This document shows positions 8,322 through 18,100 of a stretch of DNA of 64,000 bases, one piece after another. This stretch comes from an uncultured Gemmatimonadales bacterium (GTDB lineage Bacteria > Gemmatimonadota > Gemmatimonadetes > Longimicrobiales > RSA9). The notes below the pieces were generated by a model. The model made no database searches. It worked only from the letters and a program-made list of their open reading frames with translations, and was not told the origin of the DNA. The DNA is taken from contig OY970192.1 of assembly GCA_963708135.1 (NCBI GenBank), forward strand, positions 1,536,001-1,600,000, in the 5' to 3' direction. The position numbers were made by a program, and so were the translations under genes. The stretch's first letter is position 1. The number at the start of each line of letters is the position of its first letter.

Positions 8322-10451
8322 TCAGGGCGTGGAAAGCCTCCAGCCGCCGTACGGCAGCGTGATCCCGACATAGAAATTCCGGCCGGGCGCCGGCTCGTAG
8401 TATCTGTCGGCGAAGGCGTTCACGACCACGGACGCGTTGTAGCGCACGTCGAAGATGTTGCCGACGCCGACGAATGGAGCGAGCCGCAGCGCGCCGAGCC
8501 GCCGCTGCCCTCCCAGGCGCAGGTCGATTACGGTATGGGCGGGGTTCACGGCGGACGCCGTGTTGGCATCGCTCGTGACGTAGCGGGAGACGTGGTCGAG
8601 CTGCGCCTCCGCGAACGCGCCGGCACCGTGCCAGCCCAGCCGCGCCGCCAGGTGATGTGGCGCGACGCCGGGGATCCTGTTGCCCTCGTACTCCTGGTCG
8701 GGAAGGCCGTCGTCCAGGAAGACATAGTCGCTGTAGGTGTAGGAGGCCGCGGCGTCCAGGTGTCTCCCGACCGGCGCGTCCAGCCCGACCTCCACGCCGC
8801 GGTGGCGGGAGCGCCCGGCGTTGCGGAAGAAGGCGCGGTCCGGCGCCGCCACCACCGTGAACGGCACGAGCTCGTCGCGAACGGTCATGGTGAACAGCGC
8901 GACGTCAATGTGGAGCGGGCCCACGCCACCCTTGAGCCCGGCCTCCCATTCGAGCGCGCGCTCGGGCTGCAGGTCGGGGTTGAACCCCGGCGCGCAGCAC
9001 GGCTGCCCGGGCGCGGGCGGGGCGTTCACCAGCTCCGTCGTGGTGGGCGTCTGAAAGGACGTGCCGATGTCCGCGTAGGCGCGGAGCCGCGCCGACACGG
9101 CGTACAGGAGCCCCGCGCGAGGACTCACCGCCTCGAGCGTGCGGGCGCCGGAGACGCGCTCTGCGGCCGGGACGGCGCGTCGGTCCGTCGTCGCGAAGCG
9201 GACCCGGTCCCAACGGATCCCGGCGCTCGCCTCCAGCCGAGGCAGGACCTCGAGTCGCCCCTGGGCGAACGGCCCCACGCTCCAGACGCGGTCGCTCTCG
9301 TCCTTCTGCACGGTGGCGCCCGGAACGCCGCCGGCGTTGTCGCGCTCGCGCCTGCCATCCCGCTGGAGCTCCGCGTCCACGCCCGTCACGAGCGCCGCCG
9401 CGCGGCCCGCCAGCCGCCCGGACACACCGTAGGCCCCGCGCACCCCGCCGCCGCCACGCCGCAGGTCAATGTAGGTGTAGGGCAGCGGGTTGTGGAGCGT
9501 GCGGCCGAGGCCGTAGACGCTCACGTCCAGCCGGCCGGTTCCGAGCGTGCGCGCGTAGGCGACGCCGCCCTGCACCTGCCGCGCGCGCTCCCCGCTGCCC
9601 GTGGCGACGTTTCCAGGCCACGCGGCCTCCGGGCGCAGGCGCGCGCTGTCCAGCGGCAGCGAGCCGGGGCTCTCGGCCTCCGGCTCGTCCACCGCGTTCA
9701 CGAGGAACGTCAGCGAGGAGCGGGCATCCGGCGCCGTGGTCCAGCGGGCGTTCAAGAGCGTGTTCTTCGTCCGGGAATGCTCGCGGAACCCGTCCACGGC
9801 CAGGTGCGAGAGGGCAACGTAATACGAGCCCGCCGCCACGTGGCCGCCGACGCGGGCCTCGTACTTACGAAGGTTGCCGAGCGCCCGCCCGTCCGTGCCC
9901 ACGACCAGCCGCGCTTCCGCAGCGGCGGGGCCCGGCGGAGCGGCCTCCGTCCGCACGCTGATCACGCCACCCGCCGCGTTGCCGAAGAGTGCCGATGCGG
10001 GCCCGCGCAGCACCTGGATCCGGTCCGCCCCGCCAAGGTCCAGGTTGGTGAGGTTGGCCTGCCCGTCCGGGCCGGTGAGCGGGATCCCGTCCATGAGGAT
10101 GCGCACGCCGCGCACGCCGAACGCGGCCCGCGCACCCAGGCCGCGGATGGCGATGCGCGTGCCCAGCGAGAAGTTGTAGCGGTTGTCCACGATGAGACCC
10201 GGCACCAGCGCGAGGCTCTCGTCCAGCCCGATGGTCGGACGGAAGCGCTGGATCTCGGCAGCGCCGACGGTCGAGACCGCGGCTGCGGCGTGCGCGGCAT
10301 CCGCCGCGCCGCGCGTCACCGTCACATCGAGGGGAGAGAGCGGGTAGGCGCTGTCCGCCGGCGGCGCCGCCGGCCGCGCCTGCGCGCGCGCTCCGACCGG
10401 CAGGAGCGGCAGCAGCGCGAGGGCGGCCGCGCACTGGAGGAAGCGGAGCAT
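8322..10451 (-). CDS. TonB-dependent outer-membrane receptor
   Basis: Signal peptide, TonB-box-like DVTVT, plug IRGLG...DGIPL...IQVLRGPASALFGNAAGGVI, C-terminal NIFD..Y...APGRNFYVGI. Confidence 0.93.
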   Translation of the reverse strand: MLRFLQCAAALALLPLLPVGARAQARPAAPPADSAYPLSPLDVTVTRGAADAAHAAAAVSTVGAAEIQRFRPTIGLDESLALVPGLIVDNRYNFSLGTRIAIRGLGARAAFGVRGVRILMDGIPLTGPDGQANLTNLDLGGADRIQVLRGPASALFGNAAGGVISVRTEAAPPGPAAAEARLVVGTDGRALGNLRKYEARVGGHVAAGSYYVALSHLAVDGFREHSRTKNTLLNARWTTAPDARSSLTFLVNAVDEPEAESPGSLPLDSARLRPEAAWPGNVATGSGERARQVQGGVAYARTLGTGRLDVSVYGLGRTLHNPLPYTYIDLRRGGGGVRGAYGVSGRLAGRAAALVTGVDAELQRDGRRERDNAGGVPGATVQKDESDRVWSVGPFAQGRLEVLPRLEASAGIRWDRVRFATTDRRAVPAAERVSGARTLEAVSPRAGLLYAVSARLRAYADIGTSFQTPTTTELVNAPPAPGQPCCAPGFNPDLQPERALEWEAGLKGGVGPLHIDVALFTMTVRDELVPFTVVAAPDRAFFRNAGRSRHRGVEVGLDAPVGRHLDAAASYTYSDYVFLDDGLPDQEYEGNRIPGVAPHHLAARLGWHGAGAFAEAQLDHVSRYVTSDANTASAVNPAHTVIDLRLGGQRRLGALRLAPFVGVGNIFDVRYNASVVVNAFADRYYEPAPGRNFYVGITLPYGGWRLSTP

Positions 10452-10467
10452 TCGCCTCTCCCGGAGA

Positions 10468-11163
10468 TCAACCGCGCCGGCGGAGCTCGCCTTCGCCGCC
10501 GGAGGAGTCGCTGCCGGTGGCCCGGGCTTCGCCGTCGGCGCCCTCGCCCGCCCGCAGCGAGCGCACGTGGCGCCACACCCACCACACCGCGCCGGCCACG
10601 ATCAGCACGCCGATCACCAGGTCGAAGCGGTGGAAGTAGACCTTCAGCGTGTCCCAGTGGGCGCCCAGCTGCGCTCCGATCCAGGCCAGGCCGACGCTCC
10701 AGATGAAGGAGCCGGCGAACGTGTAGGCGAGGAACGGAGCCATCCGCATGCGCGAGACGCCCGCGGGGAACGCGATGAACGTGCGCACGACGGGTAGCAG
10801 CCGCGCCACGAAGACCGCCCACTCGCCCCAGCGCTCGAAGAAGCGGTCGGCCAGCTCGAGGTCGTGCGGCGAGATCAGCACCCAGCGCCCGTAGCGGCGG
10901 ATCGCCGCCCGTCCACCCCACGCGCCCGCGTAGTAGGCGACGACGGAGCCGACCACGCATCCCACCGCCCCGGCGAGTCCCGCCAGCCAGAGGTTCATCT
11001 CGCCGCGCGAGACGAGGTAGCCCGCGAATGGCATGATGACCTCCGAGGGCAGCGGGATGCACGCGCTCTCGATGGCCATGAGCAGCGCCACGCCCGGATA
11101 GCCGAACGTGCCGATGATGCCGACGATGAACGCGGCCAGCGCGCCCAGGATCCGCTCCACCAC
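10468..11163 (-). CDS. DedA family membrane protein
   Basis: LMAIESACIPLPSEVIMPFAG, FFERWG...RLLPVVRTFIAFPAG. Confidence 0.93.
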   Translation of the reverse strand: MVERILGALAAFIVGIIGTFGYPGVALLMAIESACIPLPSEVIMPFAGYLVSRGEMNLWLAGLAGAVGCVVGSVVAYYAGAWGGRAAIRRYGRWVLISPHDLELADRFFERWGEWAVFVARLLPVVRTFIAFPAGVSRMRMAPFLAYTFAGSFIWSVGLAWIGAQLGAHWDTLKVYFHRFDLVIGVLIVAGAVWWVWRHVRSLRAGEGADGEARATGSDSSGGEGELRRRG

Positions 11164-11175
11164 CCCGCTTCCCTC

Positions 11176-11838
11176 CTACCCCGGCCAGCCGAAGCGGCCG
11201 ACCAGGGGAACGAAGACGCAGTCCGTCACGACCTCCTGCTCGATGCCGTCCTCGGTGCGGCGCACGAGCACGAGCTGCTGCTCGTCACGGCCGCCCACGG
11301 GGATCAGCATGCGCCCGCCCGGCGCGAGCTGGGCCACGAGCGACTCCGGCAGGCCGGGCGCGGCGGCGGCCACGAGGATGGCGTCGAAGGGGGCGTAGCG
11401 CGACCAGCCGATCGTGCCGTCCCCCACGAGCAGCGCCACGTTGCGGGTCCGGAGCGCATCCAGCGCGGTGCGTGCGCGGGCGGAGAGCTCGCGCACGCGC
11501 TCCACCGAGTAGACGTGGGAGGCGAGCTGGGCGAGGAGCGCGGTCTGGTAGCCGCTGCCGGTGCCGACCTCGAGGACGCGGTCCGTGGGCTGGAGCTTGA
11601 GCGTCTGGAGATAGAGCGCCTGCAGCGAGGGCTGCGAGGCGGTCTGTCCGAACCCGATCGGCAGCGCCGCATCCTCGTAGGCCCGGTGATGGATGGCGGG
11701 CGGGAGGAAAGCGTGGCGCGGCACCTGGTCGAAGGTGCGCAGCACCTCCAGGTCGTCGATGCCGCGCTCCCGGATCGCCTCGATGAGCTGGCGGCGCAGC
11801 CGCTCCCAGCGGCGGTCGCTCAGAGCCTCAGGTCCCAC
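11176..11838 (-). CDS. pcm: Protein-L-isoaspartate O-methyltransferase
   Basis: VPRHAF, AYEDAALPIGFGQT, VLEVGTGSGYQ, GDGTIGW, FVPLVG; follows surE; GTG start chosen from a GAGGAG RBS. Confidence 0.95.
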   Translation of the reverse strand: MGPEALSDRRWERLRRQLIEAIRERGIDDLEVLRTFDQVPRHAFLPPAIHHRAYEDAALPIGFGQTASQPSLQALYLQTLKLQPTDRVLEVGTGSGYQTALLAQLASHVYSVERVRELSARARTALDALRTRNVALLVGDGTIGWSRYAPFDAILVAAAAPGLPESLVAQLAPGGRMLIPVGGRDEQQLVLVRRTEDGIEQEVVTDCVFVPLVGRFGWPG

Positions 11839-12575
11839 CGGTCGATCTCCTCGATCAACTCGTAGTGCGTCAGGTCCAGGTGCAGCGGCGTCACGGAGAT
11901 GCACCGCTCGTGTATCGCCCGGAAGTCGGACTGCGGCCCGCCCCACCAGCGGCTCTCGCCGCCGCCGATCCAGAAGTACTCGCGACCGCTCGGATCGTGC
12001 GCGCGCGTCAGCGAGCCCTCGTACGCCCGCCGCCCGAGCGTCGTCACGCACACGCCCTCAACCTCCGCCGGCTCGACTGGCGGCAGGTTCACGTTCAGCA
12101 GCGTGTGCGGCGGGTGCTCCCGCCCGAGAAGCTGCGCGAGCAGTGTTTCCAGCTGCGGCTGCCAGGACGTCAGCCGCTCGGCCCCCTCGTAGATCCGGCC
12201 GGCGAACGAGATCGCGATCGCCGGGATCCCCAGCAGCGTCGCCTCCATGGCGGCCGAGACCGTGCCGGAGTACAGCACGTCGTCTCCCAGGTTCGCGCCG
12301 TGGTTGACCCCCGAGAGGACGAAGTCGGGCCGCTCCGGCAGCAGCTCGCCGAGCGCCAGGACCACGCAGTCCGTGGGCGTGCCGTCCACGACCAGCGCTC
12401 CCGTCTCGCCCTTCCGCACGCGCAGCGGTCGGTGCAGCGTCAGCGAGTGCGACGTCGCGCTCTGCTCCCGGTCCGGCGCGACCACGTGCACCTCGCCCAG
12501 CTTCGCCGCCGCGGCGGACAGCGTGGAGAGCCCCTGCGCGAGGTAGCCGTCGTCGTTCGTGACCAGGATCCGCAT
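11820..12575 (-). CDS. surE: 5'/3'-nucleotidase SurE
   Basis: MRILVTNDDG, GTPTDCV, SGVNHGANLG, YSGTVSAA. Confidence 0.97.
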   Translation of the reverse strand: MRILVTNDDGYLAQGLSTLSAAAAKLGEVHVVAPDREQSATSHSLTLHRPLRVRKGETGALVVDGTPTDCVVLALGELLPERPDFVLSGVNHGANLGDDVLYSGTVSAAMEATLLGIPAIAISFAGRIYEGAERLTSWQPQLETLLAQLLGREHPPHTLLNVNLPPVEPAEVEGVCVTTLGRRAYEGSLTRAHDPSGREYFWIGGGESRWWGGPQSDFRAIHERCISVTPLHLDLTHYELIEEIDRWDLRL

Positions 12576-13099
12576 CAGTGCTCGGCCGGAGGCGAAAGCA
12601 CGTCCAGCGCCTGCTGCAGGTCGGCCCGGAGCAGGTCGAGCATCTCGTGGTCGAGGGCGTGGGCCGTCGTCTCCGGCAGCTCCCCGCCCCGCCGCAGCTG
12701 GTCGATCTTCTGCCGCGCCCCCTCGATCGTGTACTTCTCCTTGTAGAGCAGGTGCGCCACCAGCAGGATCAGCTTGATCTCCTTGCGCTGGTAGACCCGA
12801 TTCCCGGACCGGTTCTTGGACGGGTTCAACACCGGGAACTGGCTCTCCCAGTATCGGAGCACGTGCGGCTTGAGGCCGACCAGGTCGCACACCTCGCTGA
12901 TCGAGTAGTACTCCCTGGGCACGATCGGCCGCGGCTGTGACGAGGAGCGGGAGCGCCCGGGCGCGTCCGCTGGCTCCTGCGCCCGCGCCGCCTCCCCCGC
13001 CTCGTCATTGCTCGGCTCCGGCTCGACCCGCTCGCCGCGCGCCGCCGCGGCGGCCGCCTCCTCGCTCCAGATCGACCCCTGCTCCGCGTTCTCGCTCAT
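12575..13099 (-). CDS. MerR-family HTH regulator
   Basis: YYSISEVCDLVGLKPHVLRYWESQFPVLNPSKNRSGNRVY...YTIEGAR. Confidence 0.9.
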   Translation of the reverse strand: MSENAEQGSIWSEEAAAAAARGERVEPEPSNDEAGEAARAQEPADAPGRSRSSSQPRPIVPREYYSISEVCDLVGLKPHVLRYWESQFPVLNPSKNRSGNRVYQRKEIKLILLVAHLLYKEKYTIEGARQKIDQLRRGGELPETTAHALDHEMLDLLRADLQQALDVLSPPAEH

Positions 13100-14112
13100 T
13101 GCCAGAGCTCCGGCTTCGGTTCCCTCAGCATCAGGTTCTCGACTGCTTCGCGCGCGCGACGCCCCTCGAACAGGACCGCGTGGACCTCCGCCACGATCGG
13201 CATCTCGATCCCCGCGCGCCCCGCCAGCGCGCGGGCGGCACGCGTCGTCTCCACGCCCTCGGCCACCACGTTCATGCCGGCCAGGATCTCCTCCAGCGTC
13301 TTCCCCTCCCCGAGCGCCTGCCCCACGGCGCGGTTGCGGCTCAGCTCGCCCGTGCACGTCAGGATCAGGTCGCCCATCCCCGCCAGGCCCGCGAAGGTGA
13401 GCGGGTTCGCGCCGAGCGCCACCCCGAGGCGCGAGATCTCGGCCAGGCCGCGCGTGATCAGCGCGGCGCGCGCGTTGTGGCCCAGGCCGAGCCCCGTCGC
13501 CATCCCGGACGCGAGCGCGATCACGTTCTTCAGCGCCCCGGCGAGCTCCACCCCGCGCACGTCGTCGCTCGTGTAGACCCGGAAGTACGCCGTCTGAAAG
13601 AGCGCCTGCGCCTCGCGGGCGGCCTCGGCGTCCGCGCTCGCGATCGTGACGGCCGTGGGCTGCCGTCGCGCCACCTCGAGCGCGAAGCTCGGCCCGGAGA
13701 GGTAGCAGCCCCGGCCCGCGTGGCCCGGGAGCACCGCCGCGACCACCTCCGCCATGGTGGCGAGCGTGTCCCGCTCGATCCCCTTGGATGCGCTCACCAC
13801 GACGGCCCGCTCCGCCATCGCCGGCCCGGCGGCGGACAGCACGGCGCGAGCGTGCTGCGATGGAGGCACGGAGACGACGAGGTCGGCCCGCGCCACGGCG
13901 GTGGCGGCGGACGTCGTCGCCTGCAGCCGCTCATCCAGGGGCACGCCGCGCAGGTAGGCGGGATTCTCGTGCCGCGTCGTGACTGCCTCCGCCACCTCCG
14001 GTTCGAGCGCCCAGAGCGTGACGGCGAGCCCCTTCCGCGCGAGCAGGTCGGCCAGCGTGGTGCCCCACGCCCCGGCGCCGAGCACCGCCGCCCGGGTCTC
14101 TCCGGCGCTCAC
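13096..14112 (-). CDS. gpsA: NAD(P)H-dependent glycerol-3-phosphate dehydrogenase
   Basis: GAGAWGT, SKGIE, LSGPSFA, GALKNVIA, GDLILTC, SRN. Confidence 0.96.
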   Translation of the reverse strand: MSAGETRAAVLGAGAWGTTLADLLARKGLAVTLWALEPEVAEAVTTRHENPAYLRGVPLDERLQATTSAATAVARADLVVSVPPSQHARAVLSAAGPAMAERAVVVSASKGIERDTLATMAEVVAAVLPGHAGRGCYLSGPSFALEVARRQPTAVTIASADAEAAREAQALFQTAYFRVYTSDDVRGVELAGALKNVIALASGMATGLGLGHNARAALITRGLAEISRLGVALGANPLTFAGLAGMGDLILTCTGELSRNRAVGQALGEGKTLEEILAGMNVVAEGVETTRAARALAGRAGIEMPIVAEVHAVLFEGRRAREAVENLMLREPKPELWQ

Positions 14113-14717
14113 GGCGCCTGCCCCGGCGCCCGGCCGAACGGCCGCTCTTCGCCGCGCACGAGACGCCGGATGTTGGAGCGGTGGGCGAACACGACGAACG
14201 CGGCGAGCGCGACGGACAGCCAGAGCACCGGCCCGGGCCCGCGCGACCAGAGCACCGCCAGCGGCACGATGGCCGCCGCGGCGATCGAGGCGAGCGAGAC
14301 GATCCGCGTGGCGTAGACGATCGCGCTCCACACGAGCAGACCGGCCAGGAGCGCGAGCGGCGCCAGAGCCAGGAACACGCCCGCGCTCGTCGCCACGCCC
14401 TTGCCTCCCTTGAACCCGACGTAGACCGAATAGACGTGCCCGAGGATGGCCATGGCGCCGTAGAGGAGCGCCCATTCCCAGGCCGACGCCGCATCCAGGC
14501 GGGGGAACAGCCAGGTCGGCAGCCAGCCCTTGAAGATGTCGAAGGCGAAGGTCGGGACCGCGGCCCGCCACCCGAGGACCCGGTAGACGTTGGTGGCGCC
14601 GAGGTTGCCGCTGCCGTGCTCCCGGAGGTCGATCCCCTGTGCGAGCCGCCCCACCAGGTAGCTGGTCGGCACGGCGCCGAGCAGGTAGCTCGCGAGGGCC
14701 AGGAGCGCCACCCTCAC
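14109..14717 (-). CDS. plsY: Acyl-phosphate:glycerol-3-phosphate acyltransferase
   Basis: YLLGAVP, DLREHGSGNLGATN, FKGGKGVAT, HRSNIRRL. Confidence 0.96.
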   Translation of the reverse strand: MRVALLALASYLLGAVPTSYLVGRLAQGIDLREHGSGNLGATNVYRVLGWRAAVPTFAFDIFKGWLPTWLFPRLDAASAWEWALLYGAMAILGHVYSVYVGFKGGKGVATSAGVFLALAPLALLAGLLVWSAIVYATRIVSLASIAAAAIVPLAVLWSRGPGPVLWLSVALAAFVVFAHRSNIRRLVRGEERPFGRAPGQAP

Positions 14718-16042
14718 CGCCGCTCCTCCTTGCGCCCCCGGATGCGCAGCCGGACGGGCGAGCCCGCGAAGCCCCAGCGCTCGCGGAACCCGTTCAGCAG
14801 GTAGCGGAGGTAGTTCTCCGGCAGGCCCTTCGGGAAATTCGTGAAGATCACGAACGTTGGCGGGGCCGTGTCCGCCTGCGTCGCATAGAGCAGCTTGACC
14901 GGCATGCCTCGATAATGCGGCGGGGGCTGGCGGCCCGCCAGTTCCCCGACCACCTCGTTCACCGTGTGCGTGGGGATCCGCCGCGCGCGCTCCTCGGCCA
15001 CCAGGAGCGCCAGGTCGAGTACCTTCTGCACGCGCTGGCCGGTCAGCGCCGACGCGAAGAGCATCGGCACCCAGCGCAGCTGCGGCGCCCGCGCCTTGAG
15101 CTTCTTCTCGTATTCCGCCGCTGTGTTGGTCTCCTTCTCGACCAGGTCCCACTTGTTGGCGACGATCACCAGCGAGCGTCCCGCGCGCCACGCCAGCTCC
15201 GCCACCTTGAGGTCCTGCACGTGCACCGGCTCCGTCGCGTCGATCAGCAGGATGCACAGGTCCGCTCTCTCGATGGCGCGCTCCGAGCGCAGCGATGCGT
15301 AGTACTCGAGCCCCGGCCCGATCCGCGCGTGCCGCCTCAGCCCGGCCGTGTCGATCAGCACGAGCGCGCGCCCCTTGTAGCGCATCGGCGTGTCTATGCT
15401 GTCGCGGGTGGTGCCCGCCGCCTCGCTCACCACCAGCCGCTCCTCGCCCAGCAGCTTGTTGATGAAGCTCGACTTGCCGACGTTGGGCTTGCCGATCACC
15501 GCCACGTGCAGCACTGCCTCCTGCTCGTCCTCGACCGACTCCGGCAGCAGCGCCACGAGCCGGTCCAGCAGGTCGCCCGTCCCCTTCCCCGACATCGAGC
15601 TCACCGGCACGGGCTCCCCCAGCCCCAGCTCCCAGAACTCGTGGTGCGAGATCACGTCCGGCAGCCGGTCCGCCTTGTTCACCGCCAGCAGCACCGGCCG
15701 GTCCGCCCGGCGCAGCAGCTCAGCGATGCGCTGGTCCACTGGCGTGGGGCCCGTGTGCGCGTCCACCACGAAGACGATCACCTCCGCCTCCGCGATCGCT
15801 GCCAGCACCTGCTGCCGGATCGCGGCCGTCATCGGCTCCTCCTCCGCCGCCTCCAGCCCACCCGTGTCGATCACCCAGAAATGGTGGCCCGCCCAGTCGG
15901 CACGCGCGAAGTTGCGGTCCCGCGTGACCCCGGGCGTGTCCTCCACGATGGCGACACGCCGCCCGATCAGCCGGTTGAAAAAGGTGGACTTGCCCACGTT
16001 GGGCCGCCCCACCACGGCCACAGCGGGGAGTGCGCGCTTCAC
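14714..16042 (-). CDS. der: Ribosome biogenesis GTPase Der (EngA)
   Basis: Two G-domains ([16 protein letters not shown] and GKPNVGKS/DTAG/NKWD) plus a KH-like tail. Confidence 0.97.
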   Translation of the reverse strand: MKRALPAVAVVGRPNVGKSTFFNRLIGRRVAIVEDTPGVTRDRNFARADWAGHHFWVIDTGGLEAAEEEPMTAAIRQQVLAAIAEAEVIVFVVDAHTGPTPVDQRIAELLRRADRPVLLAVNKADRLPDVISHHEFWELGLGEPVPVSSMSGKGTGDLLDRLVALLPESVEDEQEAVLHVAVIGKPNVGKSSFINKLLGEERLVVSEAAGTTRDSIDTPMRYKGRALVLIDTAGLRRHARIGPGLEYYASLRSERAIERADLCILLIDATEPVHVQDLKVAELAWRAGRSLVIVANKWDLVEKETNTAAEYEKKLKARAPQLRWVPMLFASALTGQRVQKVLDLALLVAEERARRIPTHTVNEVVGELAGRQPPPHYRGMPVKLLYATQADTAPPTFVIFTNFPKGLPENYLRYLLNGFRERWGFAGSPVRLRIRGRKEERR

Positions 16043-17313
16043 AGTGAGGCGAGGAGCGAGGACAGCTCGGTTCCCGGCAGGAGCGGGGAGGGGGCGAGGC
16101 GGGCGGCAAGGTCGTCGAGAGGCAGGTCGTCCACGAACACGCCGTCGTCGTTCAGCGAGTCGGCCGGCAGCAGCACCGCGTCGAACGGTCCGACGGCCGC
16201 CAGCGCCGCGGCGATGTCGCGTCCCGGCAGGAGGCCCGCGGTCGTGACGGTCGGCCCGAACATCGCGTTCTCGACCCTCACGCACTCGATCGCCGCGCCG
16301 GTGGCGGCCGCGGCCCGCGCCGCGAGCGCGGCGAGCAGAGGCGCCATGCGCGCTCCCGTCACCACCGCGATGCGCCGCCCGTCCAGGCGGGGCAGCGCGG
16401 CGAGGGAGGCCTCGAAGTCGTCCAGCAGCCGGCGCACGGCGCCCACGCCGTTCTCCGTCAGCGGCCAGTCATCGTAGTAGTCGGCCGCCGGCAGCGCCTC
16501 GCCAGCGATGAAGTAGAGCTCGTCGCCCGCGTACGCCCAGCCCGTCCCGCGTACCGCCAGCGCGCGCGCCCGCGCCCGCTCGAGCTGCCCGAGCGCCGCC
16601 GCCGCCTCCTCCGCCCTCAGCAGCCTCACCGGCCGGCCGAGGTTGTAGCGCGTGAGGCCGACGGGGACCACGGACACCGAAAGAATGCCGGGGCCGAGCG
16701 CCCACAGGTCGTCCAGCGTGCGCTCGAGGTGGGCGCCATCGTTCCACTCCGGGCAGAGCACGACCTGAGTGTGGACCTCGAGGCCGCCGTCCACGAGCTG
16801 GCGCAGCCGCGCCACGATGTCCCCGCCGTACGGCACGCCGAGCAGGCGCTCGCGCACCTCCGACTCGGTGGCGTGGACGCTCACGTAGAGCGGCGAGAGC
16901 CGCTGCTCCAGCAGCCGCTCGAACGCCTTCGGACCGAGGTTGGTCAGGGTCACGTAGCTGCCGTAGGTGAACGACAGCCGGAAGTCGTCGTCCTTCAGGT
17001 GCAGCGTCCGGCGCGCGCCGGGCGGATTCCCATCCACGAAGCAGAAGACGCACTTGTTCGCGCACTGCCGCACGACGTCCGGCGCCGGGACCACGCCCAG
17101 CGCCTCGGCCGGATCCTTCTCGATCTCGTAGACGACGACCTGGCCGCCGCAGCCGGAGACCACCTCCAGCTCCAGCGCCCCGTCCGCCTCCAGGAAGCGG
17201 AAGTCGATGATGTCGCGCACGGGCTCGCCATTGATCCGCACCACGCGGCTGCCGATCTCGAGTGCGAGCTCGTCGGCTATGCTGCCGGGCTGGACTTCGG
17301 CGATCCGGACCAT
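16039..17313 (-). CDS. DUF512 / PDZ-containing putative radical SAM protein
   Basis: N-terminal PDZ-like segment, CANKCVFC (CxxxCxxC), KDDDFRLSF, YVSVHAT, VPVGLT, ENGVG. Confidence 0.9.
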   Translation of the reverse strand: MVRIAEVQPGSIADELALEIGSRVVRINGEPVRDIIDFRFLEADGALELEVVSGCGGQVVVYEIEKDPAEALGVVPAPDVVRQCANKCVFCFVDGNPPGARRTLHLKDDDFRLSFTYGSYVTLTNLGPKAFERLLEQRLSPLYVSVHATESEVRERLLGVPYGGDIVARLRQLVDGGLEVHTQVVLCPEWNDGAHLERTLDDLWALGPGILSVSVVPVGLTRYNLGRPVRLLRAEEAAAALGQLERARARALAVRGTGWAYAGDELYFIAGEALPAADYYDDWPLTENGVGAVRRLLDDFEASLAALPRLDGRRIAVVTGARMAPLLAALAARAAAATGAAIECVRVENAMFGPTVTTAGLLPGRDIAAALAAVGPFDAVLLPADSLNDDGVFVDDLPLDDLAARLAPSPLLPGTELSSLLASL

Positions 17314-17376
17314 GCTCCCCCAAGCGGTTCGGGGCGGCCTCTGGCGGCCGCCCCGAGATACGTGCTGAACGCAGGA

Positions 17377-17405
17377 AAGATAACGAGATGGCGCCGCCGC
17401 TTCAA
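17377..17405 (-). promoter_or_regulatory. Putative sigma70 promoter of the DUF512-der operon
   Basis: TTGAAG-17 nt-TATCTT. Confidence 0.55.
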
Positions 17406-17431
17406 GCGATGGTGGAGGCGCCGCGACCGGC

Positions 17432-17956
17432 TCAGCCGAGCGCGGCGCCGCACGCCGCGCACGTGCTCGTGCCCAGCTCGAACGGCTCGCCGCACTCCGA
17501 GCAGGCGAAGGAAACCTCGCCCTCCGCGTCCCGGTGCGCCGCCAGCGCCTCGCAGGCCGCCTCGTAATCGTAGGCGGGGACCAGGACCCGCACCTGCGCC
17601 AGGTCGCCCAGATCCACCGTGAAGGAGAAGTGGTCCTTCTGCGAGAGAATGCGCGCGTCGATGCCCTCGGACTCCAGGTTCTCGCGGATGAGATCCGCCT
17701 GGATGTCGTCGCCGGTCGAGTAGAGCTGCGCCCAGCCGTCCAGGACCTCGACCCCCTGGTGGCGCTCACAGAGGTGGTGGCGGCGCTTCGGGTGGTCGCA
17801 TTCGGCGCAGAGCGCGACCCCGCACACCACGCACACCGCCCGCGCCTCCCGGTCCGGGTGGCGCTCGCAGATCGTGCTCTCCATGAGCTGCCCGCAGGCG
17901 GCGCACCCCTCCGCGTCCGCGTCGAGTTCGGCACCGCAGTTCGGACACGTCGTCAT
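17432..17956 (-). CDS. Multi-zinc-finger protein with a central DUF2007-like (PII-like) domain
   Basis: CPNC, CAAC, CERH..CVVC..CAEC..CERH, then ADLIRENLESEGI...VRVLVP, then CSEC..CAAC; GAGG RBS. Confidence 0.75.
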   Translation of the reverse strand: MTTCPNCGAELDADAEGCAACGQLMESTICERHPDREARAVCVVCGVALCAECDHPKRRHHLCERHQGVEVLDGWAQLYSTGDDIQADLIRENLESEGIDARILSQKDHFSFTVDLGDLAQVRVLVPAYDYEAACEALAAHRDAEGEVSFACSECGEPFELGTSTCAACGAALG

Positions 17957-18071
17957 TCGCACCTCGAGCTGGTTCGGAGTGTCGGGCCCGCCCATGCCGG
18001 CGACGCTGTCGATCCGGGTGGGCGGCGGCGTACGGGCGGCCGCCGGAACGGCGCTCGTCGTGGCGGTCCGA

Positions 18072-18100
18072 ATGGTAGCCGCCAGCGGTGCGACTGGCAA
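18072..18100 (-). promoter_or_regulatory. Putative sigma70 promoter of the zinc-finger gene
   Basis: TTGCCA-17 nt-TACCAT. Confidence 0.5.
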
